Source: an uncultured Gammaproteobacteria bacterium (GTDB taxonomy: Bacteria > Patescibacteriota > Patescibacteriia > UBA11705 > JABHMO01). Taken from it: 64,000 nucleotides of DNA. A program made the position numbers and the translations under genes. The notes beneath the pieces were generated by a model that ran no database searches, had not been told where the DNA came from, and worked only from the letters and a program-made list of their open reading frames with translations. Below, piece after piece: positions 16,089-25,572 of the stretch; the first letter of the stretch is position 1, and every line of letters begins with the position of its first letter. Location of the stretch: positions 18,559 through 82,558 of the forward strand of contig CAZAKN010000003.1 in assembly GCA_964486065.1 (NCBI GenBank), given 5' to 3'.

Positions 16089-16847
16089 TTATTCTTCCTG
16101 AGTTTGCAGGTCATAAGCCACGCAAAACACGGCTTTGATCCTGCAGGTGATACTGCACTGCGCGTCTTGTTCGCAGTTTTCCGTGTGGATGCCACAGGCA
16201 CATCCGCCATATCCGTACCGCGATTTGAAATCATCGCAATAGCCGTCCGCCAAGTGAGGGCAGGGGCAATAATACGGATTTTGTGTGGAGCGGATCAATT
16301 GATTGGCATCCCGCCGATCGCAATCACCGCACTCTACGATGGTGACATCCGGCTTATTGCCTTCCACCACATCCCAGTCCGGCTCGCCGGACGAACTCCC
16401 GCCGGAGTTTTGTTGGCGTCCTGACGGCTCGGAATCAGCATCCGGCGAATCGTATCCCGCACTGTTTACAGTGTCGGGACCGTCATCATTGACGATGCTT
16501 CCGGAATGCACCAAGCAATACACTTGCGTGATATTGCAGTCATAGGTGCAGATCTGCGCTTCTTCTTCCTCGCAGTCCGATTCCGCGCCACAGGTGCAAT
16601 CCTGCAACCCCGCCAAGCCACAGTAGTGGCTACTCAGATCCTGGCACAGCAAGGAGTACTTGCTGTCTCGGATCCAAGATTCGGCACCCGCCTGGTCCAG
16701 CTCCAGCATGGAGTGAACGGTCACGCGGGTGCCGTTGTTTGTGGTGAATGTTTTCGCATCCTCCTCAAATTTACCGATTGAGGGGACATCTTTCTCACCG
16801 CAGGCGGTGAGGGAAACAAGGATCAAGAAAAAAACGAAAAACCGCAT
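16089..16847 (-). CDS. cysteine-rich secreted lipoprotein paralog (~24 Cys; lipobox LTAC; acidic/Ser-Gly-rich linker)
   Basis: Start MRFFVFF preceded by AAGGAGG. GC-rich (~55%). Shares the DDF-S-R-x-G-CA core and a C-terminal C-x2-3-C-x-I-x4-C-V-x-Y motif with 13857-14252. Confidence 0.6.
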   Translation of the reverse strand: MRFFVFFLILVSLTACGEKDVPSIGKFEEDAKTFTTNNGTRVTVHSMLELDQAGAESWIRDSKYSLLCQDLSSHYCGLAGLQDCTCGAESDCEEEEAQICTYDCNITQVYCLVHSGSIVNDDGPDTVNSAGYDSPDADSEPSGRQQNSGGSSSGEPDWDVVEGNKPDVTIVECGDCDRRDANQLIRSTQNPYYCPCPHLADGYCDDFKSRYGYGGCACGIHTENCEQDAQCSITCRIKAVFCVAYDLQTQEE

Positions 16848-16886
16848 AATAAACCTCCTTGAAAATTGTAAAAATAACAACATTCA

Positions 16887-16915
16887 ATTATATCATTTTA
16901 AATTAAATTTGTCAA
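16887..16915 (-). promoter_or_regulatory. consensus promoter TTGACA-17-TATAAT (minus strand) for the second Cys-rich lipoprotein
   Basis: Reverse complement reads ttgaca-aatttaatttaaaatga-tataat. Confidence 0.6.
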
Positions 16916-16997
16916 ACATGATTATGAGAAATTGGCTAAATTTAAATAAATTCACAATATTTATTGTAAAAAAATGAAGATATTCAGTCAAAATAAT

Positions 16998-17025
16998 TGA
17001 AAAAAAGTCGCCAAAGGTTTATAAT
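16998..17025 (+). promoter_or_regulatory. promoter TTGAAA-16-TATAAT for the metallophosphoesterase gene
   Basis: Read from the sequence. Implies a short leader and a start at 17039. Confidence 0.5.
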
Positions 17026-17038
17026 AAGTGCAGTTTAT

Positions 17039-17731
17039 ATGCTTCAAAAACACAAAAAAGTATTCATAACTGGAGACTTGCATTTGGGCGATATTCATTT
17101 TCGGTTTGAAGACAAATTATTAAAGGCCATTAAACAAGATAGTTATGATTGTTTGGTTTTCGGTGGCGATACATTTGATCCGTGGCGAGGTCAAAGTATT
17201 GAAGAATTGATTATTAAATATCATGAAATCTTCAAAGAATTGCAACGCTTAAAAGCCAAAGTGGTTTTTATTCGCGGTAATCATGATCCGAACATTGATG
17301 TATTGAGAAAATACGGATTTGAAGTTCGTAAAAATTATTCATATATTGCGCCGGATAAAAAGAAAGTCAGAATCATGCACGGACATGAATTTGATATTAT
17401 GAGTCAAAAAGTGGAATTTATTACGCGCAAACTTATTTATCTTGAAGAACGCATAAATGAATTCTTAAACAAAGTTAACGAAGAATACGCCGTGCGGATA
17501 ATTGAACTTCTCGGCAATTTGGATTTGCAACGCGTGATTGATAATTTTTATTCCAAAATTAAAAAATATAAAAATTGGGACAAACTTATTTTCGGTCATG
17601 TTCATGTGCCGTGGGAAGGTCATCGTCAAAATTTGGATTTTTACAATTGGGGCAGTTGGCAAGGACATTATGGCACGGCGCCCAGTTATATCACGCATTT
17701 ACCGGGAAAGATCAAAATGGTTCAAGTTTAA
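17039..17731 (+). CDS. calcineurin-like metallophosphoesterase
   Basis: Motifs GDLHLGD, GGDTFD, RGNHD, HGHEFD, GHVH. Confidence 0.75.
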   Translation: MLQKHKKVFITGDLHLGDIHFRFEDKLLKAIKQDSYDCLVFGGDTFDPWRGQSIEELIIKYHEIFKELQRLKAKVVFIRGNHDPNIDVLRKYGFEVRKNYSYIAPDKKKVRIMHGHEFDIMSQKVEFITRKLIYLEERINEFLNKVNEEYAVRIIELLGNLDLQRVIDNFYSKIKKYKNWDKLIFGHVHVPWEGHRQNLDFYNWGSWQGHYGTAPSYITHLPGKIKMVQV

Positions 17732-17735
17732 TCAA

Positions 17736-17763
17736 GGCGCCCCGTCTCCAGAGGGGCGTTTTA
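17736..17763 (+). terminator. intrinsic terminator (cgcccc-gtctccaga-ggggcg-tttt)
   Basis: GC-rich hairpin plus T-run. Lies inside the track's over-extended 637-aa ORF, supporting a downstream start. Confidence 0.7.
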
Positions 17764-17768
17764 TCTAT

Positions 17769-19451
17769 ATGACAAAAAAACAAAATAAAATTCATTGGTT
17801 AAGTTGGGTGGGTATAATTTTCATGCTTTTACTATCCGCCGGGTTGAGTTATTTGATGGTACAGAGATTGAATGTTGATTCGGAAACTGTAGCGGAAGAA
17901 TCTGTGGATTTGAATGTAAAAAAGAATTTTTGGAATTTTTCTCAAGCTGAACCGGAACCTGAACAAGTTCTGCAAAAAGAAGTGGAACAGATCGCCAAAC
18001 AAGCTTTGACAAATATTGCGGAAAAACCAAGTGAGCCCCCGGCGGAGCCGGAACCGAAAACTTTTCGAGATAAAATAAAGCAAAATATTTTGCCACAATA
18101 CGAGGATATTGTTTATAAAGATTTGTTCAGTGAGTATTATTTTGATTTTGGTCCGATAGTTGATTGTGAAGAAGTATTGTGTCCGGGGTACAGTTATGCC
18201 TCGGCATTGGATCCTTTAAGCGGTCAAGTCCGAAATTATTTGTCAGCCGGAGTGGGAACGAATTTTTTACTTAACCAATTGCCGGATCAAAATTTAAATT
18301 TGGTGGTGGTGATTGATATTTCTTCCGCCATGTCCGAGAGCTTTGAAAAACTTCCGGCTAACAGTCCTTTGGCGGATCGTAGCAAGCTGGCTTTATTGCT
18401 TGACGGTTTGGCTTCGCGTATTGAACTTTTAAAACCTCAAGATCGGTTGAGTATTGTTTTGGTAAATGAGCAAGTCCATTTGGCCATGCCTTTTTACGAA
18501 GTGCGGTCAATTGATTTAAGTGAATTGAAAAAGCATTTGTTGAAGATCAGACCGCAAGGTTCCGCCAATATGCCGGCGGGTTTGCGAACGGCAATTGAGT
18601 TAATTCAAAACAGCGGACAAGGTATTATAAATCAATCGGAAAATCGTATTTTGGCCTTTTCCGCGTCTGGTTATGCGGAGGAAATAAATCTACCGCAGAA
18701 AATTCATCTGAGTTTTTCTCATCTTGGTCAATATGACAATTTGCGTTTTGTTTCGCCGATTGATTCTTGGTTTGGAAGTAAGTATTTTGTTCTAACAGAT
18801 CCGGCCACCTTGAATGATTTTTTTAATGCCGAATTTCGTCGTCGCCTGATGCCACTGGCTTATAATTTACGATTGTCCGTTGATTCTCAAGACATGCCGA
18901 TTTTACAAGTATATGATGAAAAATATCAAGGTGAAGGAATCGTTTATTCAGATCCTACCGTGTTTCAAGATGATGATTTGATTTACGGTGATATTCCCAT
19001 GCGATTTATGCAAATGACGACTGCTACGGAGTCTCGTGAAGTGGTTATTCGTTTATCATATGATTTGCCGGATGGAGAGGCGAAAGAAGTGAAAAGGAAA
19101 ATTATTTTTGATGCCTCGCCGGGAACTTTCGTGAATTCAGGTTTACAAAAAGCGGTCTTGGTTTCGCTTTATGCGGATTTGATGAAAAGCTGGTTGATTG
19201 ACCAAAGATTATATTTATTTAATCGGAATGATCCTGATTATGTTTTTGTTCCTTTGATCGGAGAGGAAAAGGGCATATCTCCTCTGGCCGAAGATTTGTC
19301 AGTTCCTCAAGATGATTTTGCCTTGAGTGTTCATGATTATTATAAAAGCATGATTGTAAAGTTCAGCGAATTTTTTACCGAACAAAGGGAGATTTTAAAG
19401 GACTCATCATTATTGAAGGAGTTGGAAGTTTTGCAAAAAATGATTGAATAA
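17769..19451 (+). CDS. membrane-anchored von Willebrand factor A (vWA) domain protein
   Basis: N-terminal TM helix; MIDAS motif DISSAMS...T...D (VVVIDISSAMSE). Confidence 0.7.
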   Translation: MTKKQNKIHWLSWVGIIFMLLLSAGLSYLMVQRLNVDSETVAEESVDLNVKKNFWNFSQAEPEPEQVLQKEVEQIAKQALTNIAEKPSEPPAEPEPKTFRDKIKQNILPQYEDIVYKDLFSEYYFDFGPIVDCEEVLCPGYSYASALDPLSGQVRNYLSAGVGTNFLLNQLPDQNLNLVVVIDISSAMSESFEKLPANSPLADRSKLALLLDGLASRIELLKPQDRLSIVLVNEQVHLAMPFYEVRSIDLSELKKHLLKIRPQGSANMPAGLRTAIELIQNSGQGIINQSENRILAFSASGYAEEINLPQKIHLSFSHLGQYDNLRFVSPIDSWFGSKYFVLTDPATLNDFFNAEFRRRLMPLAYNLRLSVDSQDMPILQVYDEKYQGEGIVYSDPTVFQDDDLIYGDIPMRFMQMTTATESREVVIRLSYDLPDGEAKEVKRKIIFDASPGTFVNSGLQKAVLVSLYADLMKSWLIDQRLYLFNRNDPDYVFVPLIGEEKGISPLAEDLSVPQDDFALSVHDYYKSMIVKFSEFFTEQREILKDSSLLKELEVLQKMIE

Positions 19452-19452
19452 T

Positions 19453-19481
19453 TTGACATTGACAAGTGTTGCCTTTATGAT
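19453..19481 (+). promoter_or_regulatory. promoter TTGACA-17-TATGAT
   Basis: Read from the sequence. Confidence 0.45.
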
Positions 19482-19513
19482 AGTCGCAGTTTTCGTTAAC
19501 CAAGGAGATGCTC

Positions 19514-19891
19514 ATGCCCATAATGGTTGTTTACGGCTTATCCGAATTTCACTTGGAGAACAGAACGAATTTGATAAATTACAATCAGGCTTTACGCGAT
19601 ACTTTGAATGATTTCCCGGAGTTAGGCTTGCGTTCCGGGCAGATGTCGGTATATTTTCCCGTTGATTTTTTCAATTTGCTGGGTGAAGAAATTGTAATTA
19701 AAATATCAGGTATGCCGACCGAAGGAAGGGCTACTGATGATTTACGCGAATGGCTGAAAAGCATTGTTCGGTTAACCCATAAATTTTTCGCTACCGCTTT
19801 GGTGGAAGTGATAATTGAGAGTTTTGATCCCGGCTTGAGTTATTTGGAAAAATTTCATAAATCATCCAAAGGAGAACATGATGAGCAATGA
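19514..19891 (+). CDS. hypothetical protein
   Basis: Start at MPIMVV with AGGAGA 6 nt upstream. No family recognised. Confidence 0.45.
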   Translation: MPIMVVYGLSEFHLENRTNLINYNQALRDTLNDFPELGLRSGQMSVYFPVDFFNLLGEEIVIKISGMPTEGRATDDLREWLKSIVRLTHKFFATALVEVIIESFDPGLSYLEKFHKSSKGEHDEQ

Positions 19892-20135
19892 AAAAAGCGA
19901 AAGAATGATTGATTCGCAAGAAAGTCAGAAAGAGCAAATTCCGCAGAATGAAATGGAGTTACTATTACCGAATCTGCGCACCGGTTTGGGTAAGCCATCC
20001 AAGCGTCGTTTCGGCACTTGGGTTTCCGTTATTTTGTTCTTTTTCTTTCTAGGTGTTTTTTACACTTTGAGTGGCGTGATTTTTCCGAACCCCACCCCGC
20101 CGAACGATCATGAACAATCTGTCGTTCACCGATAA
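19878..20135 (+). CDS. small hypothetical membrane protein (one TM helix)
   Basis: SD AAGGAGA; overlaps the upstream stop by 14 nt; hydrophobic VSVILFFFFLGVFYTLSGVIF. Confidence 0.4.
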   Translation: MMSNEKSERMIDSQESQKEQIPQNEMELLLPNLRTGLGKPSKRRFGTWVSVILFFFFLGVFYTLSGVIFPNPTPPNDHEQSVVHR

Positions 20136-20143
20136 TATCAATC

Positions 20144-20174
20144 TCGCTTCGCTCGCAAGGCGAAGCTTTTTTAT
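20144..20174 (+). terminator. intrinsic terminator (cgcttcgc-tcgcaa-ggcgaagc-tttttt)
   Basis: Hairpin plus T6. Confidence 0.7.
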
Positions 20175-20235
20175 TTCATTATTTTGCAAAACAAGACTTG
20201 CGAGATTTATCCATTTTTATATACTTAAAGAAAAT

Positions 20236-20994
20236 ATGACTGTTAAAAAAAGATTGAGTTCCGCTTCGCGGGGATTTGCCAAAGGAAATTTTGTCATAAT
20301 CGCCGGTCCTTGCGCGGTGGAGAATCGTAACAATTATTTAAAAACATGTCGCGCCTTACAATCCACCGGACGCGTGGATTTTTTTCGCGGTGGCGCTTTT
20401 AAACCGCGCACCAAAGCGGAATCGTTTCAAGGTTTGGGTGAAGATGGTTTGAAAATAATGCTTGAAGTGAAAGAAAAATATCAGACGCTATTGATTAGCG
20501 AATGTTTATCGGAAAAGCACATTGAACTAATGGAAAAATATGTTGACATTATCCAAGTCGGTTCTCGTAATATGTATAATTATGAATTACTGAAAGCGCT
20601 TGGGAAAATCAAAACACCGATTTTATTGAAACGAGGTTTGAGCGCCACGATTGATGAATGGTTGTCAGCCGCTGACTACATTATTCGCGGTGGCAATAAA
20701 AATGTGATTCTTTGCGAAAGAGGTATCAGAAGTTTTGATGACAAATATACTCGTAATGTTTTGGATATTTCCGCTGTACCGGTTGTTAAAAAGATTTCTT
20801 CATTACCGATAATCGTGGATCCAAGTCACGCGACTGGAAGAAGAGATTTGATTATTCCACTATCCGTCGCGGCGAAGGCGGTGGGCGCGGATGGCATAAT
20901 GGTGGAAGTAAACGCTGAGCCAGAGCAAGCTTTGTGTGATGGCCGGCAATCTTTGAACATTGCTGAATTTAAACAATTGCTTAAAAAAATATAA
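20236..20994 (+). CDS. 3-deoxy-7-phosphoheptulonate (DAHP) synthase, type I-beta / KdsA-like fold
   Basis: IIAGPCAVE signature; (beta/alpha)8 motifs KRGLSAT and IVDPSHATGRRD. Confidence 0.8.
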   Translation: MTVKKRLSSASRGFAKGNFVIIAGPCAVENRNNYLKTCRALQSTGRVDFFRGGAFKPRTKAESFQGLGEDGLKIMLEVKEKYQTLLISECLSEKHIELMEKYVDIIQVGSRNMYNYELLKALGKIKTPILLKRGLSATIDEWLSAADYIIRGGNKNVILCERGIRSFDDKYTRNVLDISAVPVVKKISSLPIIVDPSHATGRRDLIIPLSVAAKAVGADGIMVEVNAEPEQALCDGRQSLNIAEFKQLLKKI

Positions 20995-21002
20995 TAATAA
21001 AA

Positions 21003-21032
21003 AAAGAAGCGCTTATTTGAGCGCTTCTTTTT
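21003..21032. terminator. bidirectional terminator (aagaagcgct-tatttga-gcgcttcttttt)
   Basis: Perfect hairpin between DAHP synthase and rpmB. Confidence 0.75.
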
Positions 21033-21204
21033 ATTTGGCTTTATTCATTGTTTTTAAACATTTGGTACAGAGTTTTACGGTTTTACCATCAATTTTTTTG
21101 CTTTGTAAATTGATGCTTTGAGTTCTTTTCGTGGCAATCATTGAGTGACTGCGCGAAATGCTGGCTTTGGGCCCTCTGCCACATACTTGGCATTTTCTGG
21201 ACAT
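21031..21204 (-). CDS. rpmB: 50S ribosomal protein L28
   Basis: MSRKCQVCGRGP...RSHSMIATKR. Confidence 0.8.
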   Translation of the reverse strand: MSRKCQVCGRGPKASISRSHSMIATKRTQSINLQSKKIDGKTVKLCTKCLKTMNKAK

Positions 21205-21298
21205 ATTATTGTAAATAAGAATTATTGTATTATAGCCATAGACTAGCATATATGATATAATTTTTCAAGTATTCATTATATATTAATTTCATTTTGAT

Positions 21299-21940
21299 AT
21301 GCTGATAGGCAACCTTTTGGATAATCCGATTATGTTGTTGGTTTGGATCGTGGCGATAATGGTGGTTTTGACGATTCATGAATTTTCTCATGCTTTGGCC
21401 GCGACATATTTAGGAGATCCCACAGCCAAAAGTCAAGGCAGGCTTACTTTAAATCCTCTTTCTCATGTCAGTTGGCTGGGGTTTTTCATGTTGCTTTTGA
21501 TCGGTTTCGGATGGGGGAATCCCGTACCTTTCAATCCGTATAATTTAAAATATCCCAAATGGGGTCCTGCCATGGTAGCCGCGGCGGGACCGTTATCAAA
21601 TTTATTGATGGCTATTTTGAGTGCCATTGCTTTAAAACTAATCATGGCTTTCGCGTTATTACCGGAAAGCAATTTATTGTTTCAATTTTTGAATTTGATG
21701 ATAATGTTGAATATTGTGCTCATGATTTTCAATTTGCTGCCTTTACCACCGCTTGACGGTTCCAAAATACTGTTTACTTTTTTGGATGATTATAAATATG
21801 CCGATATTAAACAAACCTTGGAAACACAGGGAAGTACATTTTTGCTACTGTTGATAGTGGCTGATAGTTTTTTGAATTTGAATATTTTGGGTGGAATTTT
21901 TAATAAAGCCGTTCAAACTTTTTATTGGATATTTTTTTGA
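21299..21940 (+). CDS. site-2 protease family (peptidase M50) membrane metalloprotease
   Basis: HEFSHAL (HExxH) inside a TM helix; multi-pass membrane protein. Confidence 0.7.
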   Translation: MLIGNLLDNPIMLLVWIVAIMVVLTIHEFSHALAATYLGDPTAKSQGRLTLNPLSHVSWLGFFMLLLIGFGWGNPVPFNPYNLKYPKWGPAMVAAAGPLSNLLMAILSAIALKLIMAFALLPESNLLFQFLNLMIMLNIVLMIFNLLPLPPLDGSKILFTFLDDYKYADIKQTLETQGSTFLLLLIVADSFLNLNILGGIFNKAVQTFYWIFF

Positions 21941-21965
21941 TGATTTTAGATGAGTATTTGATGTG

Positions 21966-21996
21966 AATAACTTGTGAACAAGTTATTTTTTATATT
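21966..21996 (+). terminator. hairpin (aataacttg-tgaac-aagttatt plus T-run) after the M50 gene
   Basis: Perfect 9-bp stem followed by TTTTTT. Confidence 0.6.
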
Positions 21997-21997
21997 C

Positions 21998-22026
21998 TTG
22001 ACGCAAAATAATATGCGTGTTATCAT
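21998..22026 (+). promoter_or_regulatory. promoter TTGACG-17-TATCAT of the str/ribosomal superoperon
   Basis: Read from the sequence; ~80 nt upstream of rpsL. Confidence 0.55.
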
Positions 22027-22107
22027 ATCGGCACAAATTAAATCTGTAATTTTATTATAAATAAGACATTATAAGAGGTCAGATAACAGACTTTTATCTT
22101 CATTTTT

Positions 22108-22533
22108 ATGCCAACTATTAACCAATTAATCAGAAAACCCAGAAAAAGTACTAAAGCAAAATCAAAAGTGCCAGCGCTTTTGACGACTTTGAATACCTTA
22201 AAAAGAAAAAGAACCAATTTACCAAAGGGAGCTTCTTTTAAAAGAGGCGTGTGCGTTAAAGTAACCACTACCACTCCGAAAAAACCTAACTCCGCTTTGC
22301 GTAAAATCGCTCGTGTCAGATTATCCAATGGTCAAGAAGTAACCGCTTATATTCCTGGAGAAGGACATAATTTGCAAGAACACTCTATTGTCATGTTGCG
22401 TGGTGGTCGTGTGAAGGATTTGCCGGGTGTGCGTTATCATATCGTTAGAGGTGTTTATGATACTCAAGGCGTGGAAGGTAGAAAACAGTCTCGCTCTTTG
22501 TATGGAGCCAAGAAACCGAAAGAAAGCAAATAA
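22108..22533 (+). CDS. rpsL: 30S ribosomal protein S12
   Basis: [13 protein letters not shown]. Confidence 0.95.
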   Translation: MPTINQLIRKPRKSTKAKSKVPALLTTLNTLKRKRTNLPKGASFKRGVCVKVTTTTPKKPNSALRKIARVRLSNGQEVTAYIPGEGHNLQEHSIVMLRGGRVKDLPGVRYHIVRGVYDTQGVEGRKQSRSLYGAKKPKESK

Positions 22534-22606
22534 TTAATAATTATCAAATAAATAAGCGGGAGTAATACCATTGAAAAATGGTGTGAACTGAACCGCGAAC
22601 AAATTT

Positions 22607-23104
22607 ATGAGAGGAAAAAAAGCCCCAAAAAGGAAGATTAAACCGGATTTGCGTTACAACAGTACTCTGGTTGCCAAGTTCATTAATTATTTAATGAAAG
22701 ACGGAAAAAAATCAATCGCCAATAAGGTTGTCTATGATTGTTTGGAAAAAGTTCAAAAAGCCATTGATCAAGGAAAAATTGACAAAAAAGAATTTCCCAA
22801 GGCTTTGAATGTTTTTGATCAAGCCGTAAAAAATGTTACTCCGCAATTGGAAGTGCGCGGTCGCAGAATCGGAGGTGGCAATTATCAAATTCCTTATCCA
22901 GTTAGAGGCGATAGAAAAATTTTCTTATCTTTGCATTGGATTATCAATGCGGCCAACAACCGTAAAGGGAAGCCTATGTCCATAAAATTGGCTGATGAAT
23001 TGATGGCGGCTTTGAACCAAGAAGGTGATGCCATCAAAAAGAAAACCGATGTGCAAAAAATGGCTGAATCAAATAGAGCTTTTGCTCATTTTGCCAAATT
23101 TTAA
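22607..23104 (+). CDS. rpsG: 30S ribosomal protein S7
   Basis: S7 family sequence (GNYQIPYPV). Confidence 0.95.
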   Translation: MRGKKAPKRKIKPDLRYNSTLVAKFINYLMKDGKKSIANKVVYDCLEKVQKAIDQGKIDKKEFPKALNVFDQAVKNVTPQLEVRGRRIGGGNYQIPYPVRGDRKIFLSLHWIINAANNRKGKPMSIKLADELMAALNQEGDAIKKKTDVQKMAESNRAFAHFAKF

Positions 23105-23164
23105 ATTGACTTTTTATAAGTCATTTTTTTATACTAAAATTTTAACTTAATTAAAAACAAAATT

Positions 23165-25246
23165 ATGCCAAGAGAATATTCATTGGATAAAACCAGAAAT
23201 ATCGGAATCATCGCCCATATTGACGCGGGTAAAACCACTGTTACCGAGCGTATTTTATTTTATACCGGTAAGAAACATAAAATCGGGGAAGTCCATGAAG
23301 GGCAAGCTGAAATGGATTGGATGGAACAAGAACAAGAGCGTGGTATTACCATTACTTCGGCTGCTACAACTTGTTTTTGGAATGATCATAGAATCAATAT
23401 TATTGATACTCCGGGACATGTGGATTTTACCGCGGAAGTGGAACGATCTTTGAGAGTTTTGGATGGTGGAGTTATTGTTTTTGACGGTGTGGCCGGCGTG
23501 GAACCTCAATCTGAAACCGTGTGGCATCAAGCGGTTAAATATAATGTTCCCAGAATTGCGTTTATCAATAAAATGGACAGAACTGGAGCTGATTTTTATG
23601 CTGACATGGACTCCATTCATGAAAGATTGACCAAACAAGCTTATCCCGCTCAATTGCCTATCGGTTCCGCAGAAACTTTTAAAGGAATAGTTGATTTATT
23701 GACAAGAAAAGCTTTTATTTATGAAGATGATTTGGGGATTAAAATAACCGAAGCGGAAATTCCAGAAGAGATGAAAGAACAAGTGGAGGAATATCGCGGT
23801 AAACTCATTGAAGCGATCGTGGAAAATGATGAAGCCATGATGGATAAATATTTGGGAGGCGAAGAAATTCCGGTTGAAGAATTGAAAAAGATTCTGAGAC
23901 AAGCGGTTATTGATAATAAAATGGTGCCGGTTTTTTGCGGAAGCGCTTTAAAAAACAAGGGTGTGCAAAAATTACTGGACGCGGTTGTTGAATATTTGCC
24001 GTCTCCCTTGGAAATTCCTCCGATTGACGGTGTTGATCCGGATAATGAAGAAAAAATTATTAAAGTTGAAACAAAAGATGAAGATCCTTTTGCCGGTTTG
24101 GCTTTTAAAGTTGCCACGGATCCTTTTGTTGGAAAATTATGTTTTGTCAGAGTTTATTCCGGAGTTTTAAAATCTGGTTCTTATGTTTTGAATGCTTCTA
24201 CCGGTAAAAAAGAAAGAATCGGACGCATTGTACGAATGCACGCCAATAGTCGTGAAGAGGTTGATGAGGTTTTTGCCGGAGAAATCGCGGCGGTTATCGG
24301 GTTGAAAGAAACTTTCACTGGGCATACTTTATGTTCTGAAAACAGATCGGTTGTCTTGGAAACCATTACTTTCCCCGAACCGGTTATTTCCGTGGCTATT
24401 GAACCGAAAACCAAAGCTGATCAAGAAAAGATGGGAATTGCTTTACAAAAATTGGCGGAAGAAGATCCGACTTTCAGAGTTAGAACTGATGAAGAAACTT
24501 TACAAACGATTATTTCCGGTATGGGAGAGTTGCATCTGGATATTTTGGTAGATCGCATGAAAAGAGAATTTTCAGTTGAAGCAAATATAGGCGAACCACA
24601 GGTTGCTTACAAAGAAACCATTAAAAAGACCGCGGAAGCGGAAACAAAATATGTCAGACAATCGGGTGGACGCGGACAATATGGTCATTGTTGGTTGCGG
24701 GTGGAACCAATGCAAGATGAAGAAAAAACTTTTGAGTTTGCTGATGAAATTAAAGGTGGTGTAATTCCTCGTGAATATATTCCGGCTATTGAAAAAGGTG
24801 TTAAAGAAGCTTTGGAAAAAGGAATTTTGGCCAGCTATCCAGTAATTGATGTTAAAGTTGCAGTTTTTGACGGCTCTTTTCATGAAGTTGATTCATCTGA
24901 AGCCGCTTTTAAAATCGCTGGTTCAATGTGTGTTCAAGAAGCTTGTAAAAAGGCGGAATTGGCCTTGTTGGAACCTGTTATGAGAGTTGAAGTGGTGATT
25001 CCTGAACAGTACTTGGGTGATGTTGTTGGTGATTTGAATTCCAAACGCGCTCAAATTGATGAAATGAGAGATCGTAGCAATAGTAAAGTTATTGAAGCGC
25101 AAGTCCCGCTTTCGGAAATGTTCGGTTATGCAACCATACTACGCTCCATTACTCAAGGAAGAGGTAGCTATTCCATGGAATTTTTAAAGTATGCGGAAGC
25201 GCCTACTAATATTGTAGCTAAAATCATGGAAGCTAAAGGTAAATAG
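23165..25246 (+). CDS. fusA: elongation factor G
   Basis: [10 protein letters not shown]-domain; full-length EF-G. Confidence 0.95.
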   Translation: MPREYSLDKTRNIGIIAHIDAGKTTVTERILFYTGKKHKIGEVHEGQAEMDWMEQEQERGITITSAATTCFWNDHRINIIDTPGHVDFTAEVERSLRVLDGGVIVFDGVAGVEPQSETVWHQAVKYNVPRIAFINKMDRTGADFYADMDSIHERLTKQAYPAQLPIGSAETFKGIVDLLTRKAFIYEDDLGIKITEAEIPEEMKEQVEEYRGKLIEAIVENDEAMMDKYLGGEEIPVEELKKILRQAVIDNKMVPVFCGSALKNKGVQKLLDAVVEYLPSPLEIPPIDGVDPDNEEKIIKVETKDEDPFAGLAFKVATDPFVGKLCFVRVYSGVLKSGSYVLNASTGKKERIGRIVRMHANSREEVDEVFAGEIAAVIGLKETFTGHTLCSENRSVVLETITFPEPVISVAIEPKTKADQEKMGIALQKLAEEDPTFRVRTDEETLQTIISGMGELHLDILVDRMKREFSVEANIGEPQVAYKETIKKTAEAETKYVRQSGGRGQYGHCWLRVEPMQDEEKTFEFADEIKGGVIPREYIPAIEKGVKEALEKGILASYPVIDVKVAVFDGSFHEVDSSEAAFKIAGSMCVQEACKKAELALLEPVMRVEVVIPEQYLGDVVGDLNSKRAQIDEMRDRSNSKVIEAQVPLSEMFGYATILRSITQGRGSYSMEFLKYAEAPTNIVAKIMEAKGK

Positions 25247-25266
25247 ATTAATTTAATAAAATAGAT

Positions 25267-25572
25267 ATGGCTGATTTTTCCAATATAAAAGAGATGTTGC
25301 AATTTGATGATAAAGCCATTGTTTTAAACAATGATTTGAAACCGGAATATGTGATAATGAAATATTCATTGTATAAAAAGATGGTATCTGGAAAAGATGT
25401 AGATAAGTTGTTGAAAAATCAGGACGAAGTTGAAAGAGTTAATCAGGACATTCTGAAAAGCCAATTGGCTCAAAGTGAGTTCGGCGAAGTGATCTTTGAT
25501 GATAATATCGTAAATTTAGGCAAAAACAATGATAATGCCGATGAAGAATATTACTTTGAACCTTTGGATTGA
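25267..25572 (+). CDS. acidic hypothetical protein inserted between fusA and tuf
   Basis: ORF only; no family recognised; D/E-rich C-terminus. Confidence 0.45.
   Translation: MADFSNIKEMLQFDDKAIVLNNDLKPEYVIMKYSLYKKMVSGKDVDKLLKNQDEVERVNQDILKSQLAQSEFGEVIFDDNIVNLGKNNDNADEEYYFEPLD

Noticed and set aside
16086-16781. Plus-strand ORFs 16086-16424, 16303-16545 and 16506-16781.
   Set aside because: They are antisense to the Cys-rich lipoprotein gene, which has promoter, SD, signal peptide and a paralog; they are GC-driven shadow ORFs.
17538-17768. Upstream 77 codons of the 637-aa ORF overlapping the metallophosphoesterase gene.
   Set aside because: A strong intrinsic terminator (17736-17763) lies inside this part, and it overlaps the 3' end of the preceding gene in another frame. 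The start was moved to the ATG at 17769.
23255-24883. Multiple minus-strand ORFs (for example 23255-23653, 23719-24117, 24572-24883) and small plus-frame ORFs inside fusA.
   Set aside because: They are antisense or alternative-frame to EF-G, whose identity is unambiguous. Similar shadow ORFs inside uvrA, rnj, the ribosomal genes, comEC and the glycosyltransferases were discarded for the same reason.
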